64,000 nt of DNA from Elusimicrobiota bacterium (GCA_043827405.1 JBDRPD010000083.1:96001-160000); one strand, 5' to 3'; shown: positions 1 to 9,944, numbered from the stretch's first letter. The notes: generated by a model not told the origin, from the letters alone. Numbers and translations: made by a program.

Positions 1-489
1 GCGGCGTCGGCCGTGCAGCGACATGCGCGCCGCAAGACCGCGGAACTCGACGGCGAAATGCGGAGCATCGCCGAAGAGTCGGGCATGCTGCCGGCGGAGA
101 CCCTGCAGTCGCTGGCCGCGGCCCAGCAGGAGCAGCAGGCGGCCGAAGGGGCGCTCGCTCAGCGCGGCAGCGCGCAGGCCCGCGGGCACCAGCAGCGGGC
201 GCTTGAGCATTTGACGCAGGGCCAGAAAGGAATGGATGAGGCGTTGTCTCAGCAGACGGCGATCCAGCAGGGGTCGACCCGGCCGTTCGGTCAGCCGCGC
301 GGGATTGTGCGGCCCGTGGGCCGCGGCGGCCGCGCGGGTTCCCATAAGGGCTTCGTGCCGCTGCCGGGTGCCGACGACTACCAGCCGCCGCGCGAGATCC
401 GCCGCGAGATCGAGCGTTCGCTCAAGGAGCGGCGGCCGCGTGTTTTTGACCAAACGATCAACGAATACCTGAAGAGGATGTCGAGATAA
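1..489 (+). CDS. C-terminal part of a Gln-rich helical protein, DUF4175-like (5' truncated by window edge)
   Basis: Frame open from base 1; Q/A-rich helices (QQRALEHL) and a C-terminal 'INEYLKRM' resembling DUF4175-type C-termini; stop overlaps the next start (TAATG). Confidence 0.55.
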   Translation, partial: AASAVQRHARRKTAELDGEMRSIAEESGMLPAETLQSLAAAQQEQQAAEGALAQRGSAQARGHQQRALEHLTQGQKGMDEALSQQTAIQQGSTRPFGQPRGIVRPVGRGGRAGSHKGFVPLPGADDYQPPREIRREIERSLKERRPRVFDQTINEYLKRMSR

Positions 490-1154
490 TGGCGATAAAA
501 GGACTAGTCAGTGCGCAGTGTCCCGGCAAGGGCTGCGAGTCGGTCGAAGTCGAAGTATGGAGCTATATTCGCGGCGATCGTGATGCGGCGCTGCGGGAGA
601 GCCTCCTCGCCGGCGACCTGAATTTTGTTCGCTGCGAAACCTGCGGCAGCATGTTTTCTCCGGAAGCGACGGTCGTGTACTACGATCCGTCACGGATGCT
701 GCTGGCCTTTATTTTTCCCGAGTCCTACCGCGGCGAAGAAGAGCGCTGGCGCGGCAAAATGAGCGAAGACTACAGCAAGATGCGCTCGATTCTCGGCACG
801 GAAGTCCTCACCGCCGGCGAGCCGCTGCTCTTTTTCGGCCTGGCGGAGGCGTCACGGCAGATGAATGACGAGGAAGATCTTGAGGACGAGGTTAAGGTCG
901 CGGAGTATTTGTGCGGGGAGCTTGGGCTCAAGGTTCGTTCCGTCGAGCGCAGCTATGCCCGACTGCGCGATCTGCCGCGGATCCTGCCGTACGCGCCGCC
1001 CGCCAAGAGCGGGGAAGCCGCGCGCGAAGACGTGCTGGCCGGCCTGATGCGGCTGCTCAAGGCCAATGACCGGCTGGCGGGTTTTCGGCGCTGGCTGGCG
1101 CTGCTGGGCGAGAGCGATGTCCTGCCGCCGGTCGGGCGGGAGAACGTCGCGTGA
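489..1154 (+). CDS. CpXC-domain (Zn-ribbon) protein
   Basis: CPGKGC and CETC pairs with 'LRESLLAGDLNFVRC...VVYYDP' typical of the CpXC family. Confidence 0.7.
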   Translation: MAIKGLVSAQCPGKGCESVEVEVWSYIRGDRDAALRESLLAGDLNFVRCETCGSMFSPEATVVYYDPSRMLLAFIFPESYRGEEERWRGKMSEDYSKMRSILGTEVLTAGEPLLFFGLAEASRQMNDEEDLEDEVKVAEYLCGELGLKVRSVERSYARLRDLPRILPYAPPAKSGEAAREDVLAGLMRLLKANDRLAGFRRWLALLGESDVLPPVGRENVA

Positions 1155-2272
1155 ATATCGGCGCGGGATTCCGCCGCTGTTTGCGGCCGCTGGCGCAGCT
1201 CGCCGCCGCGCGCGGCATCACGCTCTACGCCGTCGGCGGCTGCGTGCGCGATGGGCTGCGCGGCGCGCCCGTGCGCGATATCGATTTGGTGGTTGAAAAC
1301 GACGCCCGGGCGCTGGCGCGCGCTTGTGTGCGGCGCGCCGGCGGAAGCTGTGAGATATTCGACCGCTTCGGGACAGTGCGGCTGCTGCTAAAGGGCGGGT
1401 ACCGCGTCGACATCGCGCGGGCGCGGACCGAGGTCTATCCGGCGCCGGCGCAGCTGCCTGTCGTGCGGCCGGCATCCCTGGCGGAGGACCTGCGGCGGCG
1501 GGATTTTACGGTCAACGCCATGGCGCGGTCTTTGACCGAGCGCGGAGCCGGGCAGCTGATCGATCCGTACGGCGGCGCGTCCGACTTGCGAGCGCGGCGC
1601 CTGCGGACGCTGCATCCGGCCAGCTTCCGCGACGACCCGACCCGTATTTTCCGCGCCGCGCGCTACGCCGGGCGGCTGGGCTTCGCCATAGAGCGCGGCA
1701 CGTGCGAGCGGCTGGCGGCCGCCGTGCACCAGGGCCTGCCCCGGCGGCTTTCGCGCGAGCGCGTTCGTCAGGAGTTGGTCCGCATCCTGGAGGAGCGGGC
1801 GCCCGCGCCGGCTATGCGGCGCCTGCGGGTCTGGAACATGCTGCCTGTTCTGCATCCGCGCTTTCGCTGGCCGCGGAAGGCGCAGGCCCCGGCTTCGGCG
1901 CATGTGCGCCTGGGACTGTGTGCCTGCGCGCTTTCCCGCCAAGACGGGCGGGAATTTTTACGCTCCCTGCCGCTGGCGCGCGCCGTGCAGGCGGCATTGG
2001 CGCTGGCGGTCGATCTGCGGCACGCACGGCGCACGCCGCGCGAGGCGCCGCCGCCCTTGGCGCTGGGCGTGCTGCGCGCGCAGTTCCCGGACCTTCCCGC
2101 TTCGGCATTCGGCCCGCTGTTCGTCGGCGGGGCGGACTTGCGGCGCGCGGGGCTCGCTCCGGGCGAGGCGTATGCGCGTTGGCTTGAGCGCGCGGCGCGG
2201 CGTCAGTGGCGCGGAGCCGACCGGCGGCGCTTCGAGGCGCGGGCATGGCTGAAAGAGTCATTAAAGCCTTAG
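1151..2272 (+). CDS. cca: tRNA nucleotidyltransferase (class II CCA/poly(A) polymerase family)
   Basis: VGGCVRD, DIDLV, EDLRRRDFTVNAMA and SFRDDPTRIFRAARY motifs; no HD domain. Confidence 0.88.
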   Translation: MNIGAGFRRCLRPLAQLAAARGITLYAVGGCVRDGLRGAPVRDIDLVVENDARALARACVRRAGGSCEIFDRFGTVRLLLKGGYRVDIARARTEVYPAPAQLPVVRPASLAEDLRRRDFTVNAMARSLTERGAGQLIDPYGGASDLRARRLRTLHPASFRDDPTRIFRAARYAGRLGFAIERGTCERLAAAVHQGLPRRLSRERVRQELVRILEERAPAPAMRRLRVWNMLPVLHPRFRWPRKAQAPASAHVRLGLCACALSRQDGREFLRSLPLARAVQAALALAVDLRHARRTPREAPPPLALGVLRAQFPDLPASAFGPLFVGGADLRRAGLAPGEAYARWLERAARRQWRGADRRRFEARAWLKESLKP

Positions 2273-3213
2273 GACGCCGCTTCCCCAACCGGCGTCGGCT
2301 CGGACATTACCGGTACGACCATTACGCCGCGGTCGCTCTCTTTATCCTGCTGCAGGCCGCGGTATTCGTGCCGGCGCTCGGCGTTATCGCCGCGGTCGAC
2401 CCCTTCCCCGCCTGGCCGCCGGCGCTGCGTGCGGCGATGCTGGCGGCGGCGGCGCTCGGCGGGGCCTGCGTGCTCTACGGAAGGTTCGTCGAGCCGTTTC
2501 GTCTAACGGTGCGAACGGTGGAGCTGGTTAGTCCCAAGGTCGGGCCGGAACCGGTGCGGCTGCTGCACCTCTCCGACATGCATGTCGGAAGCTGGGGGCG
2601 GCTCGAGGACAAGCTGGTCGCCGCGGCGCGCGAGCTTAAGCCCGATGCGATTGTGCTGACGGGCGATTATACGGCGCATCGCTGGGTCCTCGCCGACGCG
2701 CGACGCTTGCTGCGCGAGCTGGCGGAGGTCGCTCCGACCTGCGCGTCGCTGGGCAACGCCGAGTCACGCGAGCCGCTGTTCACCGAGTTGTGGCGGGATA
2801 CGGGGGTTATCGGCCTGGTCAATAAATCAGCGGACCTCGAGGCGCGCGGCACGCGGCTGCGGCTTACCGGTGTGGTGCCCGGTGAGGAAGACGCGGTGAT
2901 GCGCCTCGGCGGCAACTTCGACGGCTATTCCATCTGCCTGTACCATTATCCGGACCTGGTGCCCGAGGTCGGTCGTCTGCCCTATGATCTCATGCTGTGC
3001 GGGCATACTCATGGCGGTCAGATCCAGCTGCCGTTGATCGGCGCGCTCATCACCGCCTGCCGGGCGGATCGGCGCTACGCGCGCGGGCTGTTCCAAAAAA
3101 ACGGGAAGGCGGCTTTCGTCACTCAGGGCGTCGGCTGTGAGAGCCATGGTATTCCCCGCGTCCGCTTCGGCTGCCCGCCTGAGGCGGCGCTGCTGGTTCT
3201 GCGCCGGCCCTGA
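2245..3213 (+). CDS. Membrane-anchored calcineurin-like metallophosphoesterase (YkuE/YaeI-like)
   Basis: Two N-terminal TM segments; LSDMH, LTGDY, GNAE and GHTHGGQ motifs; start at ATG 2245 is approximate. Confidence 0.82.
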   Translation: MAERVIKALGRRFPNRRRLGHYRYDHYAAVALFILLQAAVFVPALGVIAAVDPFPAWPPALRAAMLAAAALGGACVLYGRFVEPFRLTVRTVELVSPKVGPEPVRLLHLSDMHVGSWGRLEDKLVAAARELKPDAIVLTGDYTAHRWVLADARRLLRELAEVAPTCASLGNAESREPLFTELWRDTGVIGLVNKSADLEARGTRLRLTGVVPGEEDAVMRLGGNFDGYSICLYHYPDLVPEVGRLPYDLMLCGHTHGGQIQLPLIGALITACRADRRYARGLFQKNGKAAFVTQGVGCESHGIPRVRFGCPPEAALLVLRRP

Positions 3214-3236
3214 GCCGAAAATAGCAGCGTAAACAA

Positions 3237-3245
3237 TGATAAAAT
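3237..3245 (+). promoter_or_regulatory. Extended -10 element (TGaTAAAAT), probably a leaderless start for the M50-trpS-scpAB operon
   Basis: TAAAAT 3240-3245 preceded by TG, 6 nt before GTG 3252; no Shine-Dalgarno. Confidence 0.55.
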
Positions 3246-3251
3246 ACCGCC

Positions 3252-3887
3252 GTGGAGTGGATCATCCAGCTGCCGGTGCTATTTTTTTCCGTGGTTATCC
3301 ATGAGTTCTGCCATGGCTGGGTCGCCTATAGTCATGGTGACGATACGGCGGAAAAAGCCGGCCGGTTGACGCTTAACCCACTGGCTCATATGGACGCTTT
3401 CGGTACGGTGTTTTTGCCGGTGCTTTGCTTTTTTACCCAAAGTCCGATGTTCGGTTGGGCCAAGCCCGTTCCCGTCAACCCCAAACGCTTCAAAGAGCCG
3501 ATCCGCGACATGATGCGCGTCGCGCTCGCGGGGCCGGGAGCCAATCTGTTAATCGCCTTCGCCGCCGCGATCCTGTTTAAGTTCGTGACCATTTCGGGCA
3601 TGTTCACTCCCGCATACAAGGAAACCATCCGGCAGGCGCTCCTGTTCGCGGTCTCCATTAACCTGATCCTGGCGTTCTTTAACCTTATTCCCATCCATCC
3701 GCTCGACGGATCGAAGGTGATCTTCGGCCTGCTGCCGGAGCGTGCGCGGCGCACCTACGGGCGGCATGTGCCGTACGGGATGTTCATAATCCTGATGCTG
3801 GTGCTGACGCGCAAGCTCAGCGCCTTCGTCCTGTGGCCGATGCGGTTGGTGCTCGGCTTTTGGGTGAAGATCGGCCTGCTCGGGTGA
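3252..3887 (+). CDS. Site-2 protease family (peptidase M50)
   Basis: HEFCH zinc motif, GWAKPVPVNP, AGP and FNLIPIHPLDG; usual position upstream of trpS-scpAB. Confidence 0.93.
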   Translation: MEWIIQLPVLFFSVVIHEFCHGWVAYSHGDDTAEKAGRLTLNPLAHMDAFGTVFLPVLCFFTQSPMFGWAKPVPVNPKRFKEPIRDMMRVALAGPGANLLIAFAAAILFKFVTISGMFTPAYKETIRQALLFAVSINLILAFFNLIPIHPLDGSKVIFGLLPERARRTYGRHVPYGMFIILMLVLTRKLSAFVLWPMRLVLGFWVKIGLLG

Positions 3888-3889
3888 CT

Positions 3890-4981
3890 ATGGCTAGAAA
3901 AACCGTAATGTCGGGAATGCGGGCGACGGGGCGGCTCCACCTGGGCAACTATTGGGGCGCCCTTAAGAACTGGGTCGTCATGCAGGATGAGCACGACTGC
4001 TTCTTCAGCGTCGCCGATCTGCATATGTTTACCACCGGCTACGAGGAATCCGGCCGCCTGCAGGAGCATGTGCGCGAGATGGTGCTCGACTGGCTTACCG
4101 CCGGTCTTGATCCCGAGCGCTGTACGATTTTCCAGCAGTCGCGCGTGCCCCAGCACGCTGAGCTGGCGCTGCTGCTGTCGATGGTGACGCCGATTTCATG
4201 GCTGGAGAACAACCCGACCTACAAGGAGCAGCTGCAGGAGCTGGGCCGGACCAAGCTGTCCAAGGCGCTGGAAGAGAAGCAGGGCGTGTTCTCGAAAGTG
4301 AACCGGGAGAAGATCGCGGGGCAGGAGCTCGAGGAGATCGGGATCGACGAAGAGAAGACCCGGCGCGAGCTCAGGACGCACGGCTTTTTGGGCTACCCGG
4401 TCCTGCAGACCGCCGACATCGCCCTCTATGACGCGCACTACGTGCCGGTGGGGCAGGACCAGCTGCCGCATATCGAGATCTCGCGTGAGATAGTGCGGCG
4501 CTTCAATTCAATTTACGGCGAAATATTGATCGAGCCCGACGCGAAAGTCACGCCGACGCCGAAGGTCCCCGGCATCGACGCGCGCAAGATGTCGAAGTCT
4601 TACGGGAACTCCGTCGACCTTTTTGAATCCGCGGAGACGCTCAAGCAGAAAGTGATGGAGATGTACACCGATCCGACCAAGGCGCGGGCGAAGGATCCGG
4701 GGCATCCGGAGGGCTGCGTGGTGTTCGCCATGCATCAGCTTTACAGCGACTTCGCCGCGCGCCGCGAGGAGGAGTGTCGGGCCGGCGCGCTGGGCTGCGT
4801 CGCCTGCAAGAAGGACGTGCTGCGGTCGATGGCGCCGACATTTGCAGAGTTCCGCCGCAACCGTGAGAAGTTCGACCAGCCCGGGCTGGTCGAGGAAATG
4901 CTGGAGCGGGGCAGCTCCCGCGCCGAGGAGACCGCCGAGCGCACGATGTGCCGCGTACGCAAGGCGATGAATCTGCGCTGA
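3890..4981 (+). CDS. trpS: Tryptophanyl-tRNA synthetase
   Basis: TGRLHLGNY (HIGH-like), GYPVLQTADI, VPVGQDQLPH, KMSKS. Confidence 0.97.
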   Translation: MARKTVMSGMRATGRLHLGNYWGALKNWVVMQDEHDCFFSVADLHMFTTGYEESGRLQEHVREMVLDWLTAGLDPERCTIFQQSRVPQHAELALLLSMVTPISWLENNPTYKEQLQELGRTKLSKALEEKQGVFSKVNREKIAGQELEEIGIDEEKTRRELRTHGFLGYPVLQTADIALYDAHYVPVGQDQLPHIEISREIVRRFNSIYGEILIEPDAKVTPTPKVPGIDARKMSKSYGNSVDLFESAETLKQKVMEMYTDPTKARAKDPGHPEGCVVFAMHQLYSDFAARREEECRAGALGCVACKKDVLRSMAPTFAEFRRNREKFDQPGLVEEMLERGSSRAEETAERTMCRVRKAMNLR

Positions 4982-4983
4982 CT

Positions 4984-5781
4984 ATGGCGGCGAAAGCGTA
5001 CGAAGTCCATTTAGAGGTATTCGAGGGGCCGCTCGACCTGCTGCTCCATCTCATCAAGAAGAACGATCTTGATATCGAGAATATTCCGATCGCCGAGATC
5101 ACTAAAGACTACCTCGAGTGTCTTGAGCTCATGAAGGAGCTCAATCTCGAGATCGCCGGCGACTTCTTGGTGATGGCTGCCACCCTCATGCAGGTGAAGG
5201 CCAAGAGCTTGCTGCCGTCGCAGGCGCTGCTCGACGAGGAGGGGCCGGACCCTCGCGCCGAGCTCGTCAATAAGCTCGCGGAGTACCGCAAGTTCAAGGA
5301 GGCCGCCTCCTTCCTCGACGAGCGCGGCGAGGAGTTCCGCAACGTCTTCTACCGCGGGATGCCGCGCTTCGCCGAGCGCGACAAGCCGCTGAATGTCCGC
5401 ATCTTCGATCTGCTCAGCACGCTGCGCGAGGTCTTGGACCGCACCGAGTTCGCGGGGGGGGTGGTGGCGGCCGAAGAGGTGCGCCTCGAGGACAAGATCG
5501 AGAAAATTCTCGGGCTGCTGAAGAATAAGCCCTATGTCCTGCTGCGCGACATTTTCGCGGGCGAGCGCACGCGCCGCGCCGTCATAACCTGCTTTATCGC
5601 CCTGCTCGAGCTTATTAAGACCCAGAAGGCGTTCGCGCGCCAGGAAGCGCCGTTCGCCGAGATATTGATTTATGAGAAGCAGGAGCCCGTCGAGCCCGTA
5701 TGGGCGATGGACGAATCTCAGAAAAGCGCCGACGATACGGATAAGGAGGCTGAAGAGAGCCATGGAACGAACGCAGCTTAA
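4984..5781 (+). CDS. scpA: Segregation and condensation protein A
   Basis: FEGPLDLLLHLI N-terminus; FIALLELIK C-terminal winged helix. Confidence 0.96.
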   Translation: MAAKAYEVHLEVFEGPLDLLLHLIKKNDLDIENIPIAEITKDYLECLELMKELNLEIAGDFLVMAATLMQVKAKSLLPSQALLDEEGPDPRAELVNKLAEYRKFKEAASFLDERGEEFRNVFYRGMPRFAERDKPLNVRIFDLLSTLREVLDRTEFAGGVVAAEEVRLEDKIEKILGLLKNKPYVLLRDIFAGERTRRAVITCFIALLELIKTQKAFARQEAPFAEILIYEKQEPVEPVWAMDESQKSADDTDKEAEESHGTNAA

Positions 5782-6517
5782 ACAGGCCGTCGAAACGCTT
5801 CTTTTCATCACCGACCAGCCGATCGGGATAACCAAAATATCGCAGACGGTGGGCGAGAAGAATCGCGAAGCGATCGAGGCCGTCGTCACCGAGATTCAGC
5901 GCGAATACGAGGACCGGGGGACGGCGCTGCAGGTGCTTGAGATCGCTGAAGGCTTTCAAATGGCCACCCGCCCCGACAACGCCAAATACGTGCGCAATCT
6001 ATTCAAGGAGCGCATGGCCATGCGTCTGTCGACCGCGGCGCTGGAGACGCTCTCCATCATCGCCTACAAGCAGCCGCTGACGCGTGCCGAGGTCGAGATT
6101 ATCCGCGGCGTCGAGGTGATCGCCGCGCTGGAAACCCTGCTGGAAAAGGGCCTCATCTGCGTCGCCGGCCGCAAGGAATCGGTAGGGCGGCCCCTGCTTT
6201 ACGGCACGACGACGGATTTTCTGCGCCGTTTCGGCCTGCGCAGTCTTCGCGACTTGCCGCCGCTGGATTCCTTCGGCGGCGGAGAAGCCCCGGAGGGTGC
6301 GTCGGAGGAGGTCGTGGCCGTTCCTTCCAGCAACGGCGCCGAAGAGCCCGTTGAAGAAGCCATGACCGAAACGGACCCGGCCGCTGAAGCGGTCGCGGAA
6401 AAGCCCGCGGATCCGCTGGACGACGACTCCATCCTTTCCCATGATATGAGCGATGCGGCTTCCTGGCCGCAGGATCAGGACGGGAACGAACCCGAAAAGA
6501 CCGCCGACGCCGACTGA
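5762..6517 (+). CDS. scpB: SMC-Scp complex subunit ScpB with acidic C-terminal tail
   Basis: LSTAALETLSIIAYKQP, IRGV, GRPLLYGTTTDFLRRFGL. Confidence 0.96.
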   Translation: MERTQLKQAVETLLFITDQPIGITKISQTVGEKNREAIEAVVTEIQREYEDRGTALQVLEIAEGFQMATRPDNAKYVRNLFKERMAMRLSTAALETLSIIAYKQPLTRAEVEIIRGVEVIAALETLLEKGLICVAGRKESVGRPLLYGTTTDFLRRFGLRSLRDLPPLDSFGGGEAPEGASEEVVAVPSSNGAEEPVEEAMTETDPAAEAVAEKPADPLDDDSILSHDMSDAASWPQDQDGNEPEKTADAD

Positions 6518-6732
6518 TGCTCGCTGCGCGTATCGGCTGGATACTTGTCGCGCTCGCGGTCATTGGCGGCTTCGCCTTCGGACGCTATCGCCGGTACCGC
6601 ATAATCACCCCGATCAGTGTCGTGCCGTCGCGTCGCGGTCTGTCTACCGCCGTCCAGCTCTCGACCGCCGCGGCGCTGCAGCTGCCGTCCGACGTCCGAG
6701 TCGCCGACAGCGTCCCGCGGGGGCTTGAATGA
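6517..6732 (+). CDS. Small single-TM hypothetical protein
   Basis: Translationally coupled on both sides (TGATG with scpB, ATGA with glgA); N-terminal hydrophobic helix followed by basic residues. Confidence 0.55.
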   Translation: MLAARIGWILVALAVIGGFAFGRYRRYRIITPISVVPSRRGLSTAVQLSTAAALQLPSDVRVADSVPRGLE

Positions 6733-8165
6733 AGGTCTTGTTCGCCGCCAGCGAGGCCGTTCCGTTCTGCAAGACGGGCGGCTTGGCGGATGTCGTCGGT
6801 GCGCTGCCGAGCGCGCTCGGCCGCCTCGGTGTTCAGGTGACGCTTTTTCTTCCCTGCTACCGCGAAGTCAAAACGGAAGGCCTGGCGCTGCGCTCCGCGG
6901 GCAAGGTGCGCGTCCCGATCGACGGCGAGGATATCGAAGCCGAGCTGCTGTGCACGGAGATCAACGAGGCCGTCGTCTGCCTGGTGTCTTGTCCGCGCTA
7001 CTATGACCGCGAGGGGATTTACGGCGGCCGCGCCGGAGGCTTCGGCGACAATGCGCAGCGCTACGCTTTTTTCTCCCGCGCGGTGCTGGAAGGAGCGCGG
7101 CATCTCGGACGGGTGCCGGACGTTATCCACTGCCATGACTGGCAGACGGGTCTGATCCCGGTTTACCTAAAGACGCTCTACTCTCGCGATAAAGATCTGG
7201 GCGGGATCGGGACCATCCTCACCATCCATAATCTCGCCTATCAGGGGAACTTCGATTATGGCGCGCTCGCCGCGGCCGGACTGCCTCCCGCTCTGTTCGC
7301 CGATGAGCGGCTCAAGCACTACAATCAGGTCAGCTACCTGAAAGGGGGGATTGTTTACGCCGACGTGGTTAACACGGTGAGCCCCACGTACGCGGAGGAG
7401 ATCCAGACTAAAGCCTTCGGTTGCGGGCTCGAAAGCACCGTACGTGCCCGGCGTGCGGATCTGCACGGCGTGCTTAACGGGCTCAACCTTGAACTGTGGG
7501 ATCCCGCCGCCGACCAAGCGCTCGTTCGCCGCTACCGGCGCGAGGATTTCCCGGAGGGCAAGGCGGCCGGCAAGGCGGCGCTGCAGAAGGAATGCGGATT
7601 CGCACCGTCGCCGCGGGCGCCGCTGCTCTCTTCGGTCACTCGCCTGGACTATCAAAAGGGTTTGGATGCCGTACTCGAGGTGCTGCCGGGGTTGATGGAA
7701 AACGGCGCGCAGTATGTGATAGCCGGGACGGGCGATCCCGAGTTGGAGCGAAAGTTCAGGGAGATCGTCGGGCGTTTCCCAGGCAAGGTGCACTATGACG
7801 GCACGTTTGAGGAACCTTTCGCGCGCCGCGCCTACGCGGGCGCCGATATGTTTCTGATGCCGTCCCGCTTCGAGCCATGCGGTCTGGGGCAAATGATCGC
7901 GATGCGTTATGGAACGCTCCCGGTCGCCGTGCGCACCGGGGGCCTCGCCGATACCGTGCTGCCGCACGGCTTCCTGGCCGGCGCGGCGACAGCCGCGGCC
8001 TTGTCCGCCGCGCTGGCCGAGGCCCTGCGCTGCTACCAGGACGAGGAGGGCTGGCGCCTTCGTGTCGACGCCGCGATGGCCAGGAATTTCGCCTGGGACC
8101 CTTCGGCGGCAAAATATTTGGAACTGTACCGCACCGCGGCGCAACGCAATGGCCCTGCTGCTTAA
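6729..8165 (+). CDS. glgA: Glycogen synthase (GT5)
   Basis: KTGGLADV, HCHDWQT, TIHNLAYQG, PSRFEPCGLGQMIAMRYG. Confidence 0.96.
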   Translation: MKVLFAASEAVPFCKTGGLADVVGALPSALGRLGVQVTLFLPCYREVKTEGLALRSAGKVRVPIDGEDIEAELLCTEINEAVVCLVSCPRYYDREGIYGGRAGGFGDNAQRYAFFSRAVLEGARHLGRVPDVIHCHDWQTGLIPVYLKTLYSRDKDLGGIGTILTIHNLAYQGNFDYGALAAAGLPPALFADERLKHYNQVSYLKGGIVYADVVNTVSPTYAEEIQTKAFGCGLESTVRARRADLHGVLNGLNLELWDPAADQALVRRYRREDFPEGKAAGKAALQKECGFAPSPRAPLLSSVTRLDYQKGLDAVLEVLPGLMENGAQYVIAGTGDPELERKFREIVGRFPGKVHYDGTFEEPFARRAYAGADMFLMPSRFEPCGLGQMIAMRYGTLPVAVRTGGLADTVLPHGFLAGAATAAALSAALAEALRCYQDEEGWRLRVDAAMARNFAWDPSAAKYLELYRTAAQRNGPAA

Positions 8166-9900
8166 GCATTGGCGGCGGGCGCTTGCGGCGGCACTCGCCT
8201 CATTTACCATCTGGACGCTGTGGCTCGGGCGCGGCGCGCCGACCTGTGCGGTGATCGTCGACGCGCGGGAGCTCGGCGAACTGTGCGCCCCGGTATGCGC
8301 GGAGACCGGCGTCCTGGAGCGCCTGCACACTATGGGCGCGGCCGGCGTCCTGCTGCACCCGCAGTCCCTGGAGAGCCGGATTCGTGCCGGCGACATCCTT
8401 CGCTATACGGAACAGGAGATCAGCAAGCTACGCGCTACCCAGGTGGCGTCGGCCGGAGCGCCGTTGGAGCCGGGCGCGTTGTGGATCCGCGACGATGCGA
8501 TGCTGGCGCGCGTCCAGGACGCGGCGGCGGCGCACCGCCTGCCGATGACTCTGCGCACCTTCGCCGACCAGAAGGTGGCGGTACTGGCCCCGGGCAAGGC
8601 GGGCAAGAATTTTTCCGTGGGCTACGATCCGCTGTTGGCGGCGAGCGTGCGGCGGCATGGGCTCAAGACCGTTTGTCTCGTGCGGTCGATGCCTGAACTG
8701 CGGTTGGCGGAAGGCCGGGCGGCCGCGGCGCTGCTGGCGCCGGGCTTTGCGGCGGAGGCCGGCGTGCCGGCCGGCATCAACATCGTCGCCTTCGCCAACG
8801 CCGGGCCCGGCTCCGCGGGGCCGCTCGGAAGTGCGCGGCGGGCGGTGCGGGCGGAATTTCTCGCCGCGGCGGGCACCGCTGCTGCGCGCCTGGCCGCGGC
8901 CGGCGAGGCCCGAGTCGCCGACGGTCTGGGGGCTTTCCTGCGGGAAGCGTCGCGCCGCGGCAATGCGCTGGTCGTCGCCCGCCTGGATATGGATCGGAGT
9001 TTGGAGGATAATCTCGCGGCGCTGCGCGGCCTGCTGAAGGAGCTGCGCCGGAATGGCTACGCGCCGCGCCTGGAAGGGGGGCTGCTGACGGCTTCCGGCG
9101 GCGGGCGCGCCGCCGCGGCGGTACGTTCGTCGGCGGGTTTCTGCCTGACGGTGCTCGGACCGCTCCTCGCCATGCGCTGGGGGATCGGAGTGCTGCGCGG
9201 CATGCAGGAGGCGGGGAGGCTGCCGGAAGCGTCGCCGTTCCGCGAAGTGCTGGCGGCGGCCGGCACGGCGGCGGCGGCCGCCGCGGGTTTCGGCGCGGCG
9301 TCCTATGCGTGCATGTCGTTTTCCGCCTGGCGTCTGGGTGCGACGCGGTTTGACTGGCTCCCCTGGGCGGAAGGCCTGACTTTTGTTTTGGCGGCGCTGG
9401 CATTGTACGACCCGGACCCTAGAGCGTTGTCGCTGTTCTTCCGCAAGAAGGTCGGCCGCGCCTCGGAACTCCGGGTCGCGCTGCCGGTAGCGGCGGCTAC
9501 TTTGCTGCTGCTGTCTCCGGATTGGCTTAGGGACTGGGGGCCGGAGGCCTGGTTGGCGGGGCTGCGATATGCGGACGAGTCGCTGTGGTGGGCGGCGGCC
9601 CGCTGGCGGGAGTGGCTCGTCGGCTATCCCTGTCTGCTGGTCGGCCTATGCCTGTTGTTTAGCCGCTTCGCAGCGCGGCGGCATAAGGACCTGGAAGCTC
9701 CTGATCCGCGCGGCTGGCTGCTGCTTGGAATGTTCGCACCGACCGGTTTGGCCGGCGTGCTCGCCGCGGCGCATACCCCGATTATCACCTTGCTTTCGCA
9801 TTCCCTGCAGGGTGCATTGGCGGGCCTGCCGCTGGGGCTGCTGCTGCTGGGCGCGCGTCATGGCGCGCTTCGCCGCCTGGTAAAAATATCTGATTTATAA
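8149..9900 (+). CDS. Multi-TM membrane protein, DUF5693-like
   Basis: N-terminal anchor, soluble domain, then a C-terminal TM bundle with 'RWREWLVGYP' and 'HTPIITLL' resembling DUF5693 motifs; start assigned to ATG 8149. Confidence 0.55.
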   Translation: MALLLKHWRRALAAALASFTIWTLWLGRGAPTCAVIVDARELGELCAPVCAETGVLERLHTMGAAGVLLHPQSLESRIRAGDILRYTEQEISKLRATQVASAGAPLEPGALWIRDDAMLARVQDAAAAHRLPMTLRTFADQKVAVLAPGKAGKNFSVGYDPLLAASVRRHGLKTVCLVRSMPELRLAEGRAAAALLAPGFAAEAGVPAGINIVAFANAGPGSAGPLGSARRAVRAEFLAAAGTAAARLAAAGEARVADGLGAFLREASRRGNALVVARLDMDRSLEDNLAALRGLLKELRRNGYAPRLEGGLLTASGGGRAAAAVRSSAGFCLTVLGPLLAMRWGIGVLRGMQEAGRLPEASPFREVLAAAGTAAAAAAGFGAASYACMSFSAWRLGATRFDWLPWAEGLTFVLAALALYDPDPRALSLFFRKKVGRASELRVALPVAAATLLLLSPDWLRDWGPEAWLAGLRYADESLWWAAARWREWLVGYPCLLVGLCLLFSRFAARRHKDLEAPDPRGWLLLGMFAPTGLAGVLAAAHTPIITLLSHSLQGALAGLPLGLLLLGARHGALRRLVKISDL

Positions 9901-9944
9901 AGGTAAATCTTTTGTAAATCGGCGTCTTGGCCGACGTCGGTCTG

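Noticed and set aside
7909..8148. Upstream extensions of ORF-track starts (7909; likewise 3833, 5672, 15786, 47276, 48654)
   Set aside because: They overlap upstream genes or terminators; downstream starts fit family N-termini, SD sites or stop-start coupling better
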